A DNA stretch of 64,000 nucleotides from Eledone cirrhosa. Lineage: Eukaryota. The stretch lies in assembly GCA_964016885.1 (NCBI GenBank), contig OZ024743.1:340628001-340692000 (forward strand). Reading direction: 5' to 3'. Every line of letters starts with the position of its first letter. The first letter of the stretch is position 1. Below, piece by piece: positions 17,332-32,881 of the stretch. Both the position numbers and the translations under genes were made by a program. The notes under the pieces were generated by a model, which was not told the origin of the DNA, searched no databases, and saw nothing but the letters and a program-made list of their open reading frames with translations.

Positions 17332-17858
17332 CTCTTTGTATGTTACTGTACGCGTGTGTGTGTATATATATATGTGTGTATGTGTGTGTGTATATGTGTG
17401 TATGTGTGTGTGTGTGTGGGGGGGGGGACCAGTATTTTAGTGATACTGGTAAAAATGGTGTACATTATTCGATATTTTTATCAAAAACGATTCTCTCAAG
17501 AGAACATCAAACAAATTAATAATAAAATCTAGCCTCATCTAATCTAGCCACTAATATCCCCAAACGCTTCTTCTCTATCCTATCTAAACATTCCCCCCAA
17601 CCATAGATATTACAAACTCTTTACTAAAAATAACATTAAAATCTCATTCTCCACAACAACCAACCTAGCTAGCCACATCGCATTCAGTAACCATCATAAA
17701 CTAAGACAGTATAACTCCCACACCGCGGTACGACCAGCCTATCAAATACACTACGCCACTACACCAATAATTACTCTAGTAGCTCACCTCCCCCATCTAA
17801 TCCTTCTAGCACTAACCTACCGCTTAGGTTAAACTACCCTACTCTCACTAACCACAGA

Positions 17859-18326
17859 AGCAACTGCCACTGCCGTTACCCCAATGCATGTCCATTAAAT
17901 GGACACTGCCTGACACCCAACATAATCTATAGGTGCACGGTTAAAACTGCTTCGAATACTAGCTCTTATATCGGGTCTACCTCTAACACTTTTAAGGTAC
18001 GCTATAACGCGCACTCTTTTTCCTTCCTGGACCCTAGAAAAAAATGTTCGACATCGCTAGCTAGGCTCATTAAAAACCTTAAATTTAACAACGTTCAACA
18101 CTCTCTAAAATGGGATATCGTAGCTAGGGCCCAACCGTTCAATGGACGAAGAAAATCTTGTGATCTCTGTATTACAGAAGTATATTACATAACTCTATCA
18201 CGACCTCTACCGATTAACGATAGAACGGAGGTAACTATTAGCTGTCAACATCGAAGGGCTAATTCCTTCGCCAATAGAATTTTGACCCAACTTAGTCATC
18301 TAGCCCCATTTTTACTAATAAGTTAA
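17859..18326 (+). pseudogene. Open GIY-YIG endonuclease frame with Cys-rich linker; lacks a start codon and is absent from the ORF track
   Basis: Manual translation: SNCHCRYPNACPLNGHCLTPNIIYRCTVKTASNTSSYIGSTSNTFKVRYNAHSFSF..LKWDIV..SCDLCITEVYYI..INDRTEVTISCQHRR. Confidence 0.85.
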
Positions 18327-18657
18327 ATAGCTATGAACAACCTAGATATTTATAAGTTACCTCCCCTACATTGTTTCTCAATTAAAAAATTTAAAAATTA
18401 GCGCTTAACTATAAATACCCACAATTTTTAATCTCTCGAGGAGTTACTTCCCCTAAAACCACCCTCTAATTAGTAAAGTAAATATGTCCTTTGGCAGCCA
18501 TCTTGTTACCCATAGGAAGATCTCACACAATGCAGCCTCGACAGATGTATACTTCTTGATTATGGCTGACAACTGATGCAACCAAAACACCATAGTGAAA
18601 AACCAATATGTGGAACATTATATTATGTAACATTATTTTAATTTATATTTCTTTGAA

Positions 18658-18777
18658 GTTCCGATGAGCCGCTCTGTCTTTTAAATATGTTAATTATTTT
18701 CAACTGAACCCGATCAATTATGATATATAGTCATCGGATCCAGAAATATTATATGGAGTAGCGAAACAATTGTAAAC
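18658..18777 (+). ncRNA. Type I hammerhead ribozyme (CCGATGA variant, 95-nt stem II region)
   Basis: gtt-CCGATGA-gccgctctgt..atggagtagc-GAAA-caattg-TA-aac. Confidence 0.7.
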
Positions 18778-19069
18778 GGACATTATTATTATTATTCTCC
18801 ACATTCCTTACATCAAACTAAAATATGTTGACAATCTTTTAATAATGTCTTCCTTGTGAAATTTGTGGTCTTGTTTCGCTTAACTAATGAATATTTCCAG
18901 CTCTGCGCACCTAACTTCTGCAAGAACCCAGCCACCTAGCTGCTTTCTACTGCATATTGCACATTGAGCACATGCCTTTACGCTTTGGCTTCTAACTAAT
19001 TCACCAATCTCTCCTCTCATATCTCCTCTCCTATCCCCATCTCTCTCTTTAAGATTGGTTACTCATGAA

Positions 19070-19125
<56 letters not shown>

Positions 19126-19131
<6 letters not shown>

Positions 19132-19702
19132 AAGGTTTAGCAAATAATGAAAAAGTTTCAAAATAAATTTTAAAAAATTGACTTTACCTACTATAGTTAC
19201 CTTTACCGATCGGTTTCGAATCCCAAAAATAAAACGGAGACCATACGGCCTTCGTTGCAAAGAAAGATTCTCGTCAGAAGGTTCTTTTCATTCAAAGAAT
19301 ATAAAATTCCTGAATTTACAGACTAGCGCTATCTTGATAAACCTGTTTCTACATCATCCACTCTCATCCCGGGAACAGTTTTGATAGCGCTAGTCTGTAA
19401 TTTAAATTCAGGAATTTTATATTCTTTGAATGAAAAGAACCTTCTGACGAGAATCTTTCTTTGCAACGAAGGCCGTATGGTCTCCGTTTTATTTTTGGGA
19501 TTCGAAACCGATCGGTAAAGGTAACTATAGTAGGTAAAGTCAATTTTTTAAAATTTATTTTGAAACTTTTTCATTATTTGCTAAACCTTGTTTATATTTG
19601 TTCTGGCTCGTTAATTTATTAACCCGCCATTGAACCACACTGGCATTTGGTTGGACAATACATGCGTACCTTAGCGCCTTGTGCGTGAAGGAACACATAT
19701 CC

Positions 19703-19705
<3 letters not shown>
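19126..19705. mobile_element. Near-perfect palindrome (arms 19126-19332 and 19383-19595) with two opposed HHRs and a 110-bp one-sided tail
   Basis: Direct reverse-complement match; flanked by TA tracts. Confidence 0.9.
19439..19522 (+). ncRNA. Type I hammerhead ribozyme; identical minus copy at 19199-19282
   Basis: acctt-CTGACGA-gaatc..gattc-GAAA-ccgatcgg-TA-aaggt. Confidence 0.88.
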
Positions 19706-19784
<79 letters not shown>

Positions 19785-19795
<11 letters not shown>

Positions 19796-20120
19796 TTAGT
19801 ATTGGTGCTCTGACATAGCGATGGGAATGTAGGTATAGTATATCTAATAAAATACTGTATATTTATTTAAAAACATGTTAAAGACCATTCGCTATGAATA
19901 TTAAAGTAGTGACTACGTCACGTACTTAGTCTCGACAAAAGCATATATATGTAAACAAATGTGTTCAAGCATTTAAAAGTGGTGTTAAATTAATTAAATA
20001 TGAGAATATTGAAATGGATACAGATACTGAAATCAGAAAGCGATCAAAATCATCCATACATCTTCTTAAGAGTAGATACAACTAGAAAAATACGACACTT
20101 AGCAATGGAGAAAATTAGGA
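19785..20120 (+). repeat. Dispersed repeat; second copy at 24305-24640, short inverted copy at 24095-24145
   Basis: Near-identical ~335 bp. Confidence 0.85.
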
Positions 20121-20200
20121 TAAAGGTAAAGGAACCAAATAAATATATATATATTTTTTTAAATAAGACTCCAGTTGCATTTTCGATTTCATCTTGTTCT

Positions 20201-20309
<109 letters not shown>

Positions 20310-20366
20310 CGTTTCCATTATTATTTCTGGCAATATTATTACACCATTATGACCCTCCCCAAGTAT

Positions 20367-20425
<59 letters not shown>

Positions 20426-20475
20426 GTTGATATAACACAGTTATATTAGGTTCACGCTTGAAGGAAATGTAGGAG

Positions 20476-20513
20476 TGTTCGACGGTTCGGACAGAAGTCC
20501 TTCATCAGGAACA
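20476..20513 (-). ncRNA. Minimal hammerhead motif (GAAC variant); degenerate relative at about 53168-53200
   Basis: tgttc-CTGATGA-aggac ttct gtcc-GAAC-cg-TC-gaaca. Confidence 0.7.
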
Positions 20514-21064
20514 TGCCGATAGGACAGAACAGGTAGACATATGAACGTAGTGTGTGAAAGTTAGGAAAAGGGGGTTGGGAGGATATTCATAGGTTGCGGT
20601 GGAAGGTGAAAGGTCCGGCCTTGAGAGGGGAGGCCGAAGTTAGAGGGTACAGGGTTGCTACAGGAGTAGTTGTGTGTGTGTCGAAGGGATGAAATTGGTA
20701 AGTGTGCGTTGCTTCAGCTGTGTGTGTCAACACGCGGGTGTCTCAGAGTCTTATATTGTTGGTGTGTGTACACAGGTGTGTGTACACAGGTGTGTAGGGG
20801 TGTACGTCTGTGAGTTCTTTGTCTTTTTGTGCATCTGTGTGGGTGCGAGGGTGTGTGTTTGTCTACACGTGTGTGTATGTGTAGGTGAATTTTTTCTATT
20901 GTTTTATGCATGTGAGCGTGTACGTTTGTGTGTGTGTGTATTTTCACGTGAGTCAGATGAGTGTGTGTACGTGTGTCTGCGCGTATGTTGGTGGCTTTGT
21001 ATTATCTGTAGAGGGAAGCTTTTGTGTGCCTTTATGTTTTGATATGCCTGTGTATGTGTGTGTG

Positions 21065-21118
<54 letters not shown>

Positions 21119-21588
21119 TGTATGTATGTGACCTTTTCTATTGTTTCTATATATGTGAGTGTGTATTTTCGTGCGTCTGTCGTATAAATGAGTGTGTGCG
21201 TGTATGTGTGTGAGTGTGTGTAATTTTACGTGAGTGTCAGATGACTGTGTATGCGTGTGTGTTTTATTACATGAGCGGTGTGGTTATGTGCATTGTCAGT
21301 AGCGGAAAGATTTTATGTGCATGTTTGAAGGTGAATGTGTGTATGTTTATGTATAGTTATGCCTGTGTGTGTCAGAATATTCGCATATAATCCTGTCCAA
21401 AGATGTAGTCGAGAAGCAGCTGTACGATGTCCAGAAATGTTTTGGTCAATGTTTCAATCGTTCCTATACAGGTTAGAAATGTGTATATGCATGTAAACGA
21501 CGAATCAATTTGCTTTAATTAATTAATAATTCATATAGTATATAAACTCACAGGCAAATCTTCAAAAGCATGACAGAAAGATTTAATT

Positions 21589-21632
<44 letters not shown>

Positions 21633-23147
21633 TACATAGATAAATCTACCACTGAACGGTAGGGTCTAAACCGTATAAAGAACTCAATGAAATCCGATAT
21701 AGAAGATGTCGTGAAGCAAAGTTTAAAATACAAACATTTTTTTATCAACAATATAATTCAATTGGATACAGAGTCAAAATAGAAATATTAAAACAATGAA
21801 ATTAAACACAAAACTGTTAGTTCATAGTAAAACACATTATTTTACGATCGTTTCTGCGGGGTAGTCGTCTGCATGTTCATTTAATTATTGATCTATGTAA
21901 AACATATTACAAAATATCATAGTGAGAAAAGAATACGCCGTCTTCAGAAATAATATATATATATAAAGGAAAAGAAAATGCTGACAAATGTTACCAGTGA
22001 AAAATAGTTTAATTAGGAATAAGCAAAAATTAGTAATAAGTATTGGTTAGTATTCAGTTTTAGTTTTAAGTTTTTACCGGATGCGCATTTCTTTTCAAAA
22101 ATAATTTTGAGATAGAGCGCCCGTGCTGTTTGCTCTAATCTGATTAGTTTTGGAAATTCTACCTGTTTTATGTGAAAAGAGTGGCTCCAGAGGTATTAAA
22201 ATAAGTTTCGCGCCAATTCGTGTTGCAAAAATTCTTGTGGTCAAAACAATTTGATTGGTCGGTAGAGGTCACGTGAATGTTAAAAATTGATTTTGCGCCA
22301 AATGTAGGTTTGTCGAAGAGTGTCCTTTTTCGCCTGATTGAGAAGTCACTGAAAAATAAGTCTTTTAAGACAAATATGTGTGTGTGTGTGTGTAGTAAAG
22401 AGGTTCATTGTTGTGATAATGGTCAGTAGAGATGTGTGTGTGAATTGCAGTCATGTTGAAAGATCAACAGTTCAGGTGCCTATTAAGACAAATATATATA
22501 TGAGTGTGTGTGTATGTGTGTGTGTGTGAGTGTGTGCTTGTAGACACCTAAAATATAGCTTAAGAGAATCTTGACAATAAGGAGATGCACCCAAAATTTG
22601 ACCTTGTTTATAGAATTCTTTCTGCCTTTGTCACTCTAAGTAAAGCTTTAAAGAATTAGCTTTTAAAGAATTCCCCTTTCTTTAAACCCATCCACCATGA
22701 ACTCCACCCATCTTGTAGACAGATGAAATATAAGCATTGTTAGTTTAAGAGAAACTTAAAAATAAGGAGTGGCACTCCAATTTGAACTTGTTTATAGAAT
22801 TCTTTCTGCCTTTGTCACTCTAAATATAAATTATAGCTTTAAAGAAATTAGCTCTTAAAGAATTCCCTTTTCTTTCAACCAATGACCTCCATCCATCCCA
22901 CTCCCCACCCTCTCCTACCACAAGAAAAGATATAAATACCACCATATTTCCTGTAGAAGCTCTTCTATATTAAAACTTTATACTCTGCTATGTATTGAGT
23001 ACCTTACTTACTGTGGTTACCTCCGATTCAACCCTGAATAACTTATATAAATGTATGTATGTCAAAGGTAAACAGAAATAACAACACAATCGGTACAGTA
23101 TATGGAAGGGATATATTAGATTAACGCTTGCAATAGTAGGAAGAAGG

Positions 23148-23186
23148 TCTTAACGTTTCGGACGCTACCCATCCTTCATCAGAAGA
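23148..23186 (-). ncRNA. Minimal type I hammerhead ribozyme
   Basis: tctt-CTGATGA-a ggatg ggtag cgtcc-GAAA-cg-TT-aaga. Confidence 0.85.
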
Positions 23187-23317
23187 AAGAATGCGAAATA
23201 AGATAGATTGAGGGGACAGGCGGGGTCGATAAGGAAAAAAAAATGTCTTTAGATAAAAATAACATGTCCATTCATGTTGACATCTCTTGCAAAACTCTTG
23301 ATGCTGGCGTTTGTGTA

Positions 23318-23410
<93 letters not shown>

Positions 23411-23491
23411 GATAAGCAGAACAAGTAAAATTCAATCAATTTTTCAAAATACATTAAAAAATATAATATAAATATTTACCTCTCCTAGTGG

Positions 23492-23570
23492 CCCTTACTG
23501 ATCAGTTTCGCTATGTAAAACCTCATAAATCCGATGGATTTATGATGGAAAACCAAAGCTCATCAGAGAA
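23492..23570 (-). ncRNA. Type I hammerhead ribozyme
   Basis: ttct-CTGATGA-gct..tcataaatcc atc ggatttatga..agc-GAAA-ctgatcag-TA-aggg. Confidence 0.82.
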
Positions 23571-23770
23571 GCATTTTCCCTTCCTAGGGCTAAACGTCCC
23601 AGGAACGACAAAATATACAACCTCCTGCCAGCTAATAAAGGTCTGAAAGGTCGTAAAATTGACCCGTATGTAAACTGGACCGAAGTAAAAGCGGGAAAAT
23701 CAAAGACTTGCTACCTACAATTACTACTAAAAAAATAGCAGCCAAGTAGAGCAACAGGGTTGTTCTCAAC

Positions 23771-23812
<42 letters not shown>

Positions 23813-23814
<2 letters not shown>

Positions 23815-24012
23815 TATCGCCGTATTTTGACTAAAGAAATTAAAGAAATTATTTAGCCTGATAGTGGGGTTAAGAACCCTCGGAGAAATGGAAACAGATG
23901 AGTATTGACGTACATGTCAATACTCATCTGTTTCCATTTCTCCGAGGGTTCTTAACCCCACTATCAGGCTAAATAATTTCTTTAATTTCTTTAGTCAAAA
24001 TACGGCGATAGC
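23813..24012. repeat. Perfect palindrome with 97-bp arms and a 6-bp centre
   Basis: GCTATCGCC...GTATTGAC gtacat GTCAATAC...GGCGATAGC. Confidence 0.92.
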
Positions 24013-24060
24013 TTACATTTATAATTTCAAACCCACTCGCTGTTTCGAAAATATTCTTAC

Positions 24061-24094
<34 letters not shown>

Positions 24095-24180
24095 GCCTTT
24101 GTCGAGACTAAGTACGTGACGTAGTCACTACTTTAATATTCATATATATATATATGTATATATATGTATATATATTCATA

Positions 24181-24316
<136 letters not shown>

Positions 24317-24812
24317 TTAGTATTGGTGCTCTGACATAGCGATGGGAATGTAGGTATAGTATATCTAATAATATACTGTATGTTTATTTAAAAACATGTT
24401 AAAGACCATTCGCTATGAATATTAAAGTAGTGACTACGTCACGTACTTAGTATCGACAAAAGCATATATATGTAAACAAATGTGTTCAAGCATTTACAAG
24501 TGGTGTTAAATTAATTAAATATGAGAATATTGAAATGGATACAGATACTCAAATCAGAAAGCGATCAAAATCATCCATACATCTTCTTAAGAGTAGATAC
24601 AACTAGAAAAATACGACACTTAGCAATGGAGAAAATTAGGAACGGATACTTTAGAAGCATCACTATTAAAAGATGAAGACAATGTTATATATAACACTAT
24701 AGGTACAAATAAACTAGCCATCCCATTTACAGACTACATCTTCAACATGATAAAATGAAAGTTAAGTGAATGGAAGAGCTTCGATAGAAAAAATCAGCAT
24801 ACTACTAATAAT

Positions 24813-25001
24813 TGTTTCTACTTTTGGCACAAGGCCAGCAATTACCCAGTACATTACTGGTACTTTATTTTATCGACCCCCGTAAGGATGAAAAGAAAAG
24901 TTAACCTCGGCGGGATTTGAACTCAGATCGTAAAGGGACGTAACTATGCTGCAAAACATGGCGTCCGATTCTCTACCGATACTGCCAATCCACCGCCCTA
25001 A
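24813..25001 (-). mobile_element. Full-length tRNA-derived SINE (Meta-like core) with target-site duplication
   Basis: AGCATACTACTAATAAT at 24796-24812 and 25002-25018; A and B boxes on the minus strand. Confidence 0.85.
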
Positions 25002-26566
25002 AGCATACTACTAATAATAACACTTCAAATAACTATTCAAACACAAGAACAAGGTGTGATACAAACTAGAAAATTATTACAAAATAATATTATGACTAGA
25101 AAAATGCTTTGGGGGCAATCAAACGGAAGCTGATTAGTGTAATAAGCAAACAACATTAATAACAGTGACAACAACAACATTAATAAAAATTCCTTTTTCT
25201 CTCTATATAGAAAATACATCACAAACGGGAAATTGATCACACTGAGCAAAACGATTGAGGTAGGGACAAAACAACAGAAAAGTTTAAAGAAACAAAAGGC
25301 AAAATCAAAATGGAATTCTAAAATATACTTAAAGAATAATATGGAAAATAGAAACGTCGTAGCTAATACCTCACAAGATTTATCGGAGATATATCCATCA
25401 GCGCTGGGCTAAAAAAAAGAATCACGCCTGATTTTAAATGAAAAAGACGAAAATAAGATAACGAACACAAGAGTTTACATCAAGTGAAGAATATACAACC
25501 AATATAAAAGAGAATGATGATAACGCTGTCAGACTACACAGTCCCTGCCAAATCCGAGTACATACACAGACACGATTGAACTTGTAATTATGCGCACTGG
25601 GCAGTATGATGACAATTTCACATGAAAACATATTAGAGATGTTATAAACATGTACCAAATATTGCATATAACAATCACATAGACAATTAGTACATATCTG
25701 TCCAAACTGACATAGAGACCAGGTCAAACTGTCTAGATATTAGGCCTGGAACAAAGGAGACTACTTTGAATAAGCTCTTTGTGTTCTTGGTTGTCAGGTT
25801 TTGGCATTGAAAACAGAGCAATTATTCCTGAAATCTTCAGTTCTGCAATTGATGGTGTTCTATCGCTTTCTGTTATTTTCTGCAGCTTTCTTTCTTTTAC
25901 TGCTATTTCAGCTTCAGTGTAAAGAAATTCCTTAATTGGCTTTTATTATCACATGTATAGGAACCGTGGATTTAGTGCTGCATTCCTGATCAAATTGGCT
26001 TTCTTTCCAAAGGAATACAGTTTCAGATAGGTCGGTGGTTATCAGGACATGCACATTTATCCAGACCACATTCGACTATCCAGGGTGGTAGACGTAACTT
26101 ATCGATTGGTTTAACCCCAACACTTGCAGCGTGGATGACTTTACTGGAGTCCCCTCTATTGCAAGCATACGGACCAAGCCTACGGTTTGAGGTATTTTTT
26201 ACCCTTGTCCTTACAGTTACATTTACCCTTTCTGATGAACTGAAACAACGTAAAATCGACAAACCGCACTGCCTGCAATCGCACTGACAAACTTACGATC
26301 GTGAGCCGAACACCTTAACCATTAATCCACAAGCCTTCCCTATCAACCAATATATTATATACGGAAGCGTATGCATTGTTTTTAAGACCAACATTGAAGC
26401 AATGCTATAGTCGAGTTGGTACAACACACCTGCTCACAGGTTAGTGCCGCAATATATAGAGACAAGAATACATAGGTCATGGATGGAGATATTCACAGTG
26501 AATGTGACCCTTCAAACAAATCATGTGACCAACCCAGCTATCCCTCTATAATATATATATATATAT

Positions 26567-27160
26567 ATTGTTATACTTTGGGAGGGTCATGTTGCCAATA
26601 AGAAACACACGCACCAGTTGCTTTCACTTCAATTTCTTATAAATTAAATTTATAAATTTAGGAATATATAAATTTCCGGTTGGTTGGTTGGTTCTACAAC
26701 CGGATGATTGTTCATATATTGTCAAAGTTCTTTCGTCACACATTCTGTGACCTCTTCAGTGACTGGGGATTCTTTTCTTTGTTTCTGTGCCTCTCCTTTG
26801 TTCTGTCCTACGCCATCTTGTTTTTGTGTGTGTTGTGTGCTTAGTTTGCGCATGTGTTACATCCGAGTGGCTGTGTGTGTTTATATTTGTTTATTTAAAA
26901 AAGAAAGAAAATAATCCCCAGTCACTGAAGAGGTCACAGAATGTGTGACAAAAGAACTTTGACAATATATGAACAATCATCTGGTTGTGGAACCAACCAA
27001 CCAACCGGAAATTTATAAATTTAATTTATAATAAATTGAAGTGAACAACTGGTGCGTGTGTTTCTTATTGGCAACATGACCCTCCCAAAGTATAACAATA
27101 TTGGTTTCAACACACGTTTTCAGATAAAGAATCTTGCTAAACAAATTCAGAAACGAAATA
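26567..27160. mobile_element. Palindromic terminal-repeat-only copy of PLE family 1
   Basis: Matches 32310-32700. HHR intact at 26720-26764(-) and mutated (GAAA>AAAA) at 26920-26964(+). Confidence 0.88.
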
Positions 27161-27264
27161 TATATATAAATATTATAGAGGGATATATATATATATATAT
27201 ATATACACACATGTACATACATACATACACGCACATATATATATATATATATATATGAGTCCAA

Positions 27265-27940
27265 ATACCACCGATGTTAGCTTTGCCTTTCATCTTTACG
27301 GGATTGATAAATAAAGCACCAGTAATGCTCTGAGGTCGATTTAATTGATATTCCCCCTCCTCCCAAATTGCTGAACATGTGCCAAAAGTAGAAACAATTA
27401 TTATTATTGAGGGCGGTGGATTGGGTGTATTGGTAGAGTGTCATACTTCATGCTTAACGGCATGGTGTTACCTCCCTTTACGTTCTGATTTCCGACCCCG
27501 CCGAGGTTAGCTTTGCCTTTCATCCTTACGGGGTCGATAAAAGAAAGTACCAGTAACGCACTGGAATCGATTTAATCGACTTTCCCCTCCACTTCAAATT
27601 GCTGGCCTTGTGCCTAAAGTAGAAACAATTATTATTATTGAGGGCGGTAGATTGAGAGAATTGGTAGAGCGTCGGACATCATGCTTAGCGGCATGGGATC
27701 TATTTAATCGTCTTTCGCCTTCTCCCAAATTCCTAGTAATGTTAGAAATAATAATTGTTTCTACTTTTGGCACAAAGTCAGCAATTATCCCAGTGCATTT
27801 CTGGTACTTTATTTTATCGACCCCGTAAGGATGAAAGGCAAAGTTAACCTCGGCGGGATTTGAACTCAGAATGGCAAGGGCCGTAACTCTATGCGTCAAA
27901 GCATGGCGTCCGACCCTCCACCGATACTGACAATCCATTA
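27265..27940. mobile_element. Cluster of tandem and inverted SINE copies (Meta-like family)
   Basis: Head-to-tail copies at about 27270-27405, 27408-27638 and 27640-27745; an inverted copy at 27748-27938. Confidence 0.8.
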
Positions 27941-28425
27941 ACTGTGCTCGATATCTAGGGTTACTTTGTCCAATGTCTAGTTTCATTTCTAAGACGGTAG
28001 TGTGTGATTTAAGAGAGGCTTGGTTGCTATTTCTAGCAGATCAAGTGACCACATAGGAACTTTATCATTTGCTCAGAAATCAGTACAATTGTCTGGTGTA
28101 GTAGTCTTACATTGTAACTGCTAACACTTTTATTATATCACAGAACAGCTGTGATAATGCTTTAGAAAAGAGAGAGAAAAATATTTTCGCCACACACACA
28201 CGCCTTTGTCAAAATTTGAATGTTCGATTTAATTAAATACAAGTAACTGGCTAATTAATGCTCTAAAATATAGAAATTTTGATTCATTTAAAAAAAAGAT
28301 TAATGCAGATTAAATCATATTTATTTATTTGTTAGTTTATTTTTGTATTTTTGTATTTATTGTATGGTTAAAACGTTTGCTTCGCTACCATTATGTCTCG
28401 GGATCAATCTCATTGCGTGATATCT

Positions 28426-30774
<2,349 letters not shown>

Positions 30775-30783
<9 letters not shown>

Positions 30784-32293
30784 GTTGAGAAGGTAACACA
30801 CCAGAGAGAGATATATAGTGCGTTATCAATAATACAGGGAAAAAACTACCAGTGTATGGAATTTATAACCTATGAAAGGCAGACTATAGACACGATAATT
30901 AAAAATATAAATTAAAGCGTAAATAAATACCTCTATAACTATATAACACACGTACAAATCCAAAGATATGTTTCACCAGAAATTTGTTGAAAGAAATGGT
31001 CTAGTCTCGGTTCATCAGCGTGTGTAAGGCCATACATTTCAGACAACACTAAGAGAATTTTACAATTGACTGTCCAGCTACACGTGGGAGAGAGAAGTCA
31101 CAGCGTGTTTAAGGGCAGTGAACCAGTGGCCTCTGAGAGACGAACTGCTAGAAAGGGCAGCCCAAAGCCACTCAGAGAAGTGTGCTCAACCAAACAGAGT
31201 TGGGAAAGACTGTTGTTAGGAGCGAAATATCACGATAAATTAACGGAAGCATAGGCCGTCGTTATTCCCTGTAAATAATGTGCTCAAAGGGGAAGAGATC
31301 CTGAGCCCTTTAAAATATAATATGTTGAGAAGGTAACACACCAGAGAGAGATATCTCCCACGTGTAGCTGGACAGTCAATTGTAAAATTCTCTGAGTGTT
31401 GTCTGAAATGTATGGCCTTACACACGCTGATGAACCGAGACTAGACCATTTCTTTCAACAAATTTCTGGTGAAACATATCTTTGGATTTGTACGTGTGTT
31501 ATATAGTTATAGAGGTATTTATTTACGCTTTAATTTATATTTTTAATTATCGTGTCTATAGTCTGCCTTTCATAGGTTATAGATTCCATACACTGGTGGT
31601 TTTTTCCCTGTATTATTAATAACGCACTATATATCTCTCTCTGGTGTGTTACCTTCTCAACATATTATATTTTAAAGGGCTCAGGATCTCTTCCCCTTTG
31701 AGCACATTATTTACAGGGAATAACGACGGCCTATGCCTCCGTTAATTTATCGTGATATTTCGCTCCTAACAACAGTCTTTCCTATCTCTGTTTGGTTGAG
31801 CACACTTCTCTGAGTGGCTTTGGGCTGCCCTTTCTAGCAGTTCGTCTCTCAGAGGCCACTGGTTCACTGCCCTTAAACACGCTGTGACTTCTCTCTCCCA
31901 CGTGTAGCTGGACAGTCAATTGTAAAATTCTCTTAGTGTTGTCTGAAATGTATGGCCTTACACACGCTGATGAACCGAGACTAGACCATTTCTTTCAACA
32001 AATTTCTGGTGAAACATATCTTTGGATTTGTACGTGTGTTATATAGTCATAGAGGTATTTATTTACACTTTAATTTATATTTTTAATTATCGTGTCTATA
32101 GTCTGTCTTTCATAGGTTATAGATTCCATACACTGGTGGTTTTTTCCCTGTATTATTGATAACGCACTATATATCTCTCTCTGGTGTGTTACCTTCTCAA
32201 CATATTATATTTTAAAGGGCTCAGGATCTCTTCCCCTTTGAGCACATTATTAACAGGGAATAACGACGGCCTATGCCTCCGTTAATTTATCGT
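30775..32293. mobile_element. Retrozyme-like non-coding element: 540-bp HHR-containing unit, ~1.07 copies minus then ~1.74 copies plus
   Basis: Exact 540-bp period (30781 vs 31321; 31381 vs 31921), one HHR per unit, no recognisable ORF, TA-flanked. Confidence 0.85.
31420..31499 (+). ncRNA. Type I hammerhead ribozyme; copies at 31960-32039(+) and 30946-31025(-)
   Basis: acacacg-CTGATGA-acc..ggt-GAAA-catatc tttg gatttg-TA-cgtgtgt; predicted cleavage after GTA at 31492. Confidence 0.9.
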
Positions 32294-32881
32294 TATATAT
32301 ATATATATATTTCGTTTCTGAATTTGTTTAGCAAGATTCTTTATCTGAAATCGTGTGTTGAAATCGATATTGTTATACTTTGGGAGGGTCATGTTGCCAA
32401 TAAGAAACACACGCACCAGTTGCTTTCACTTCAATTTAATTTATTATATATTTATAAATTTACAAATTTATAAATTTCTGGTTGGTTGGTTGGTTCCACA
32501 ACCAGATAGTTGTTTATATATATATAGTCATAGTTCTTTCGTCACACACTCTGTGACCTCTTCAGTGACTGGGGATTTCTTTCTTCGTTTCTGTGCCTTT
32601 CCTTTCTTCTATCCTACGCCATTTTGTTTGTGTGTGGGTTGCGTGCTCAGTTTGCGCATGCGCCACATCCGGGTGTCTGTGTGTGTTTGTGTTCATTTTT
32701 CTATTTTTCTATTTATATTTTTCTATTTGTTTGTTTATTTATTTATTTATTGTTGGTTGGTTGTTTGTTCTATGTGTGTGTGTGTTTTCATTTTGTCTTG
32801 TGTGTGTTTTCATTTTTATTTTGTGTGTGTTTTCAATTGTAAGTTGTTTGTTCTATGTGTGTGTGTGTTTTCATTTTGTCC

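Larger units (their letters stand above)
17430..19070 (+). mobile_element. PLE 3' fragment: RT C-terminus/linker remnant, GIY-YIG, 3' UTR and HHR
   Basis: NHRYYKLFTKNNIKISFSTTTNL at about 17600, followed by the endonuclease frame and the HHR listed next. Confidence 0.8.

Noticed and set aside
19806-19900. Possible SECIS element
   Set aside because: The TGA/GA register does not form the tandem G.A quartet and the loop is too long.
25740-26262. Possible LINE RT remnant (GDS and CGLDKCA-like words on the minus strand)
   Set aside because: Too degenerate to support without a search.
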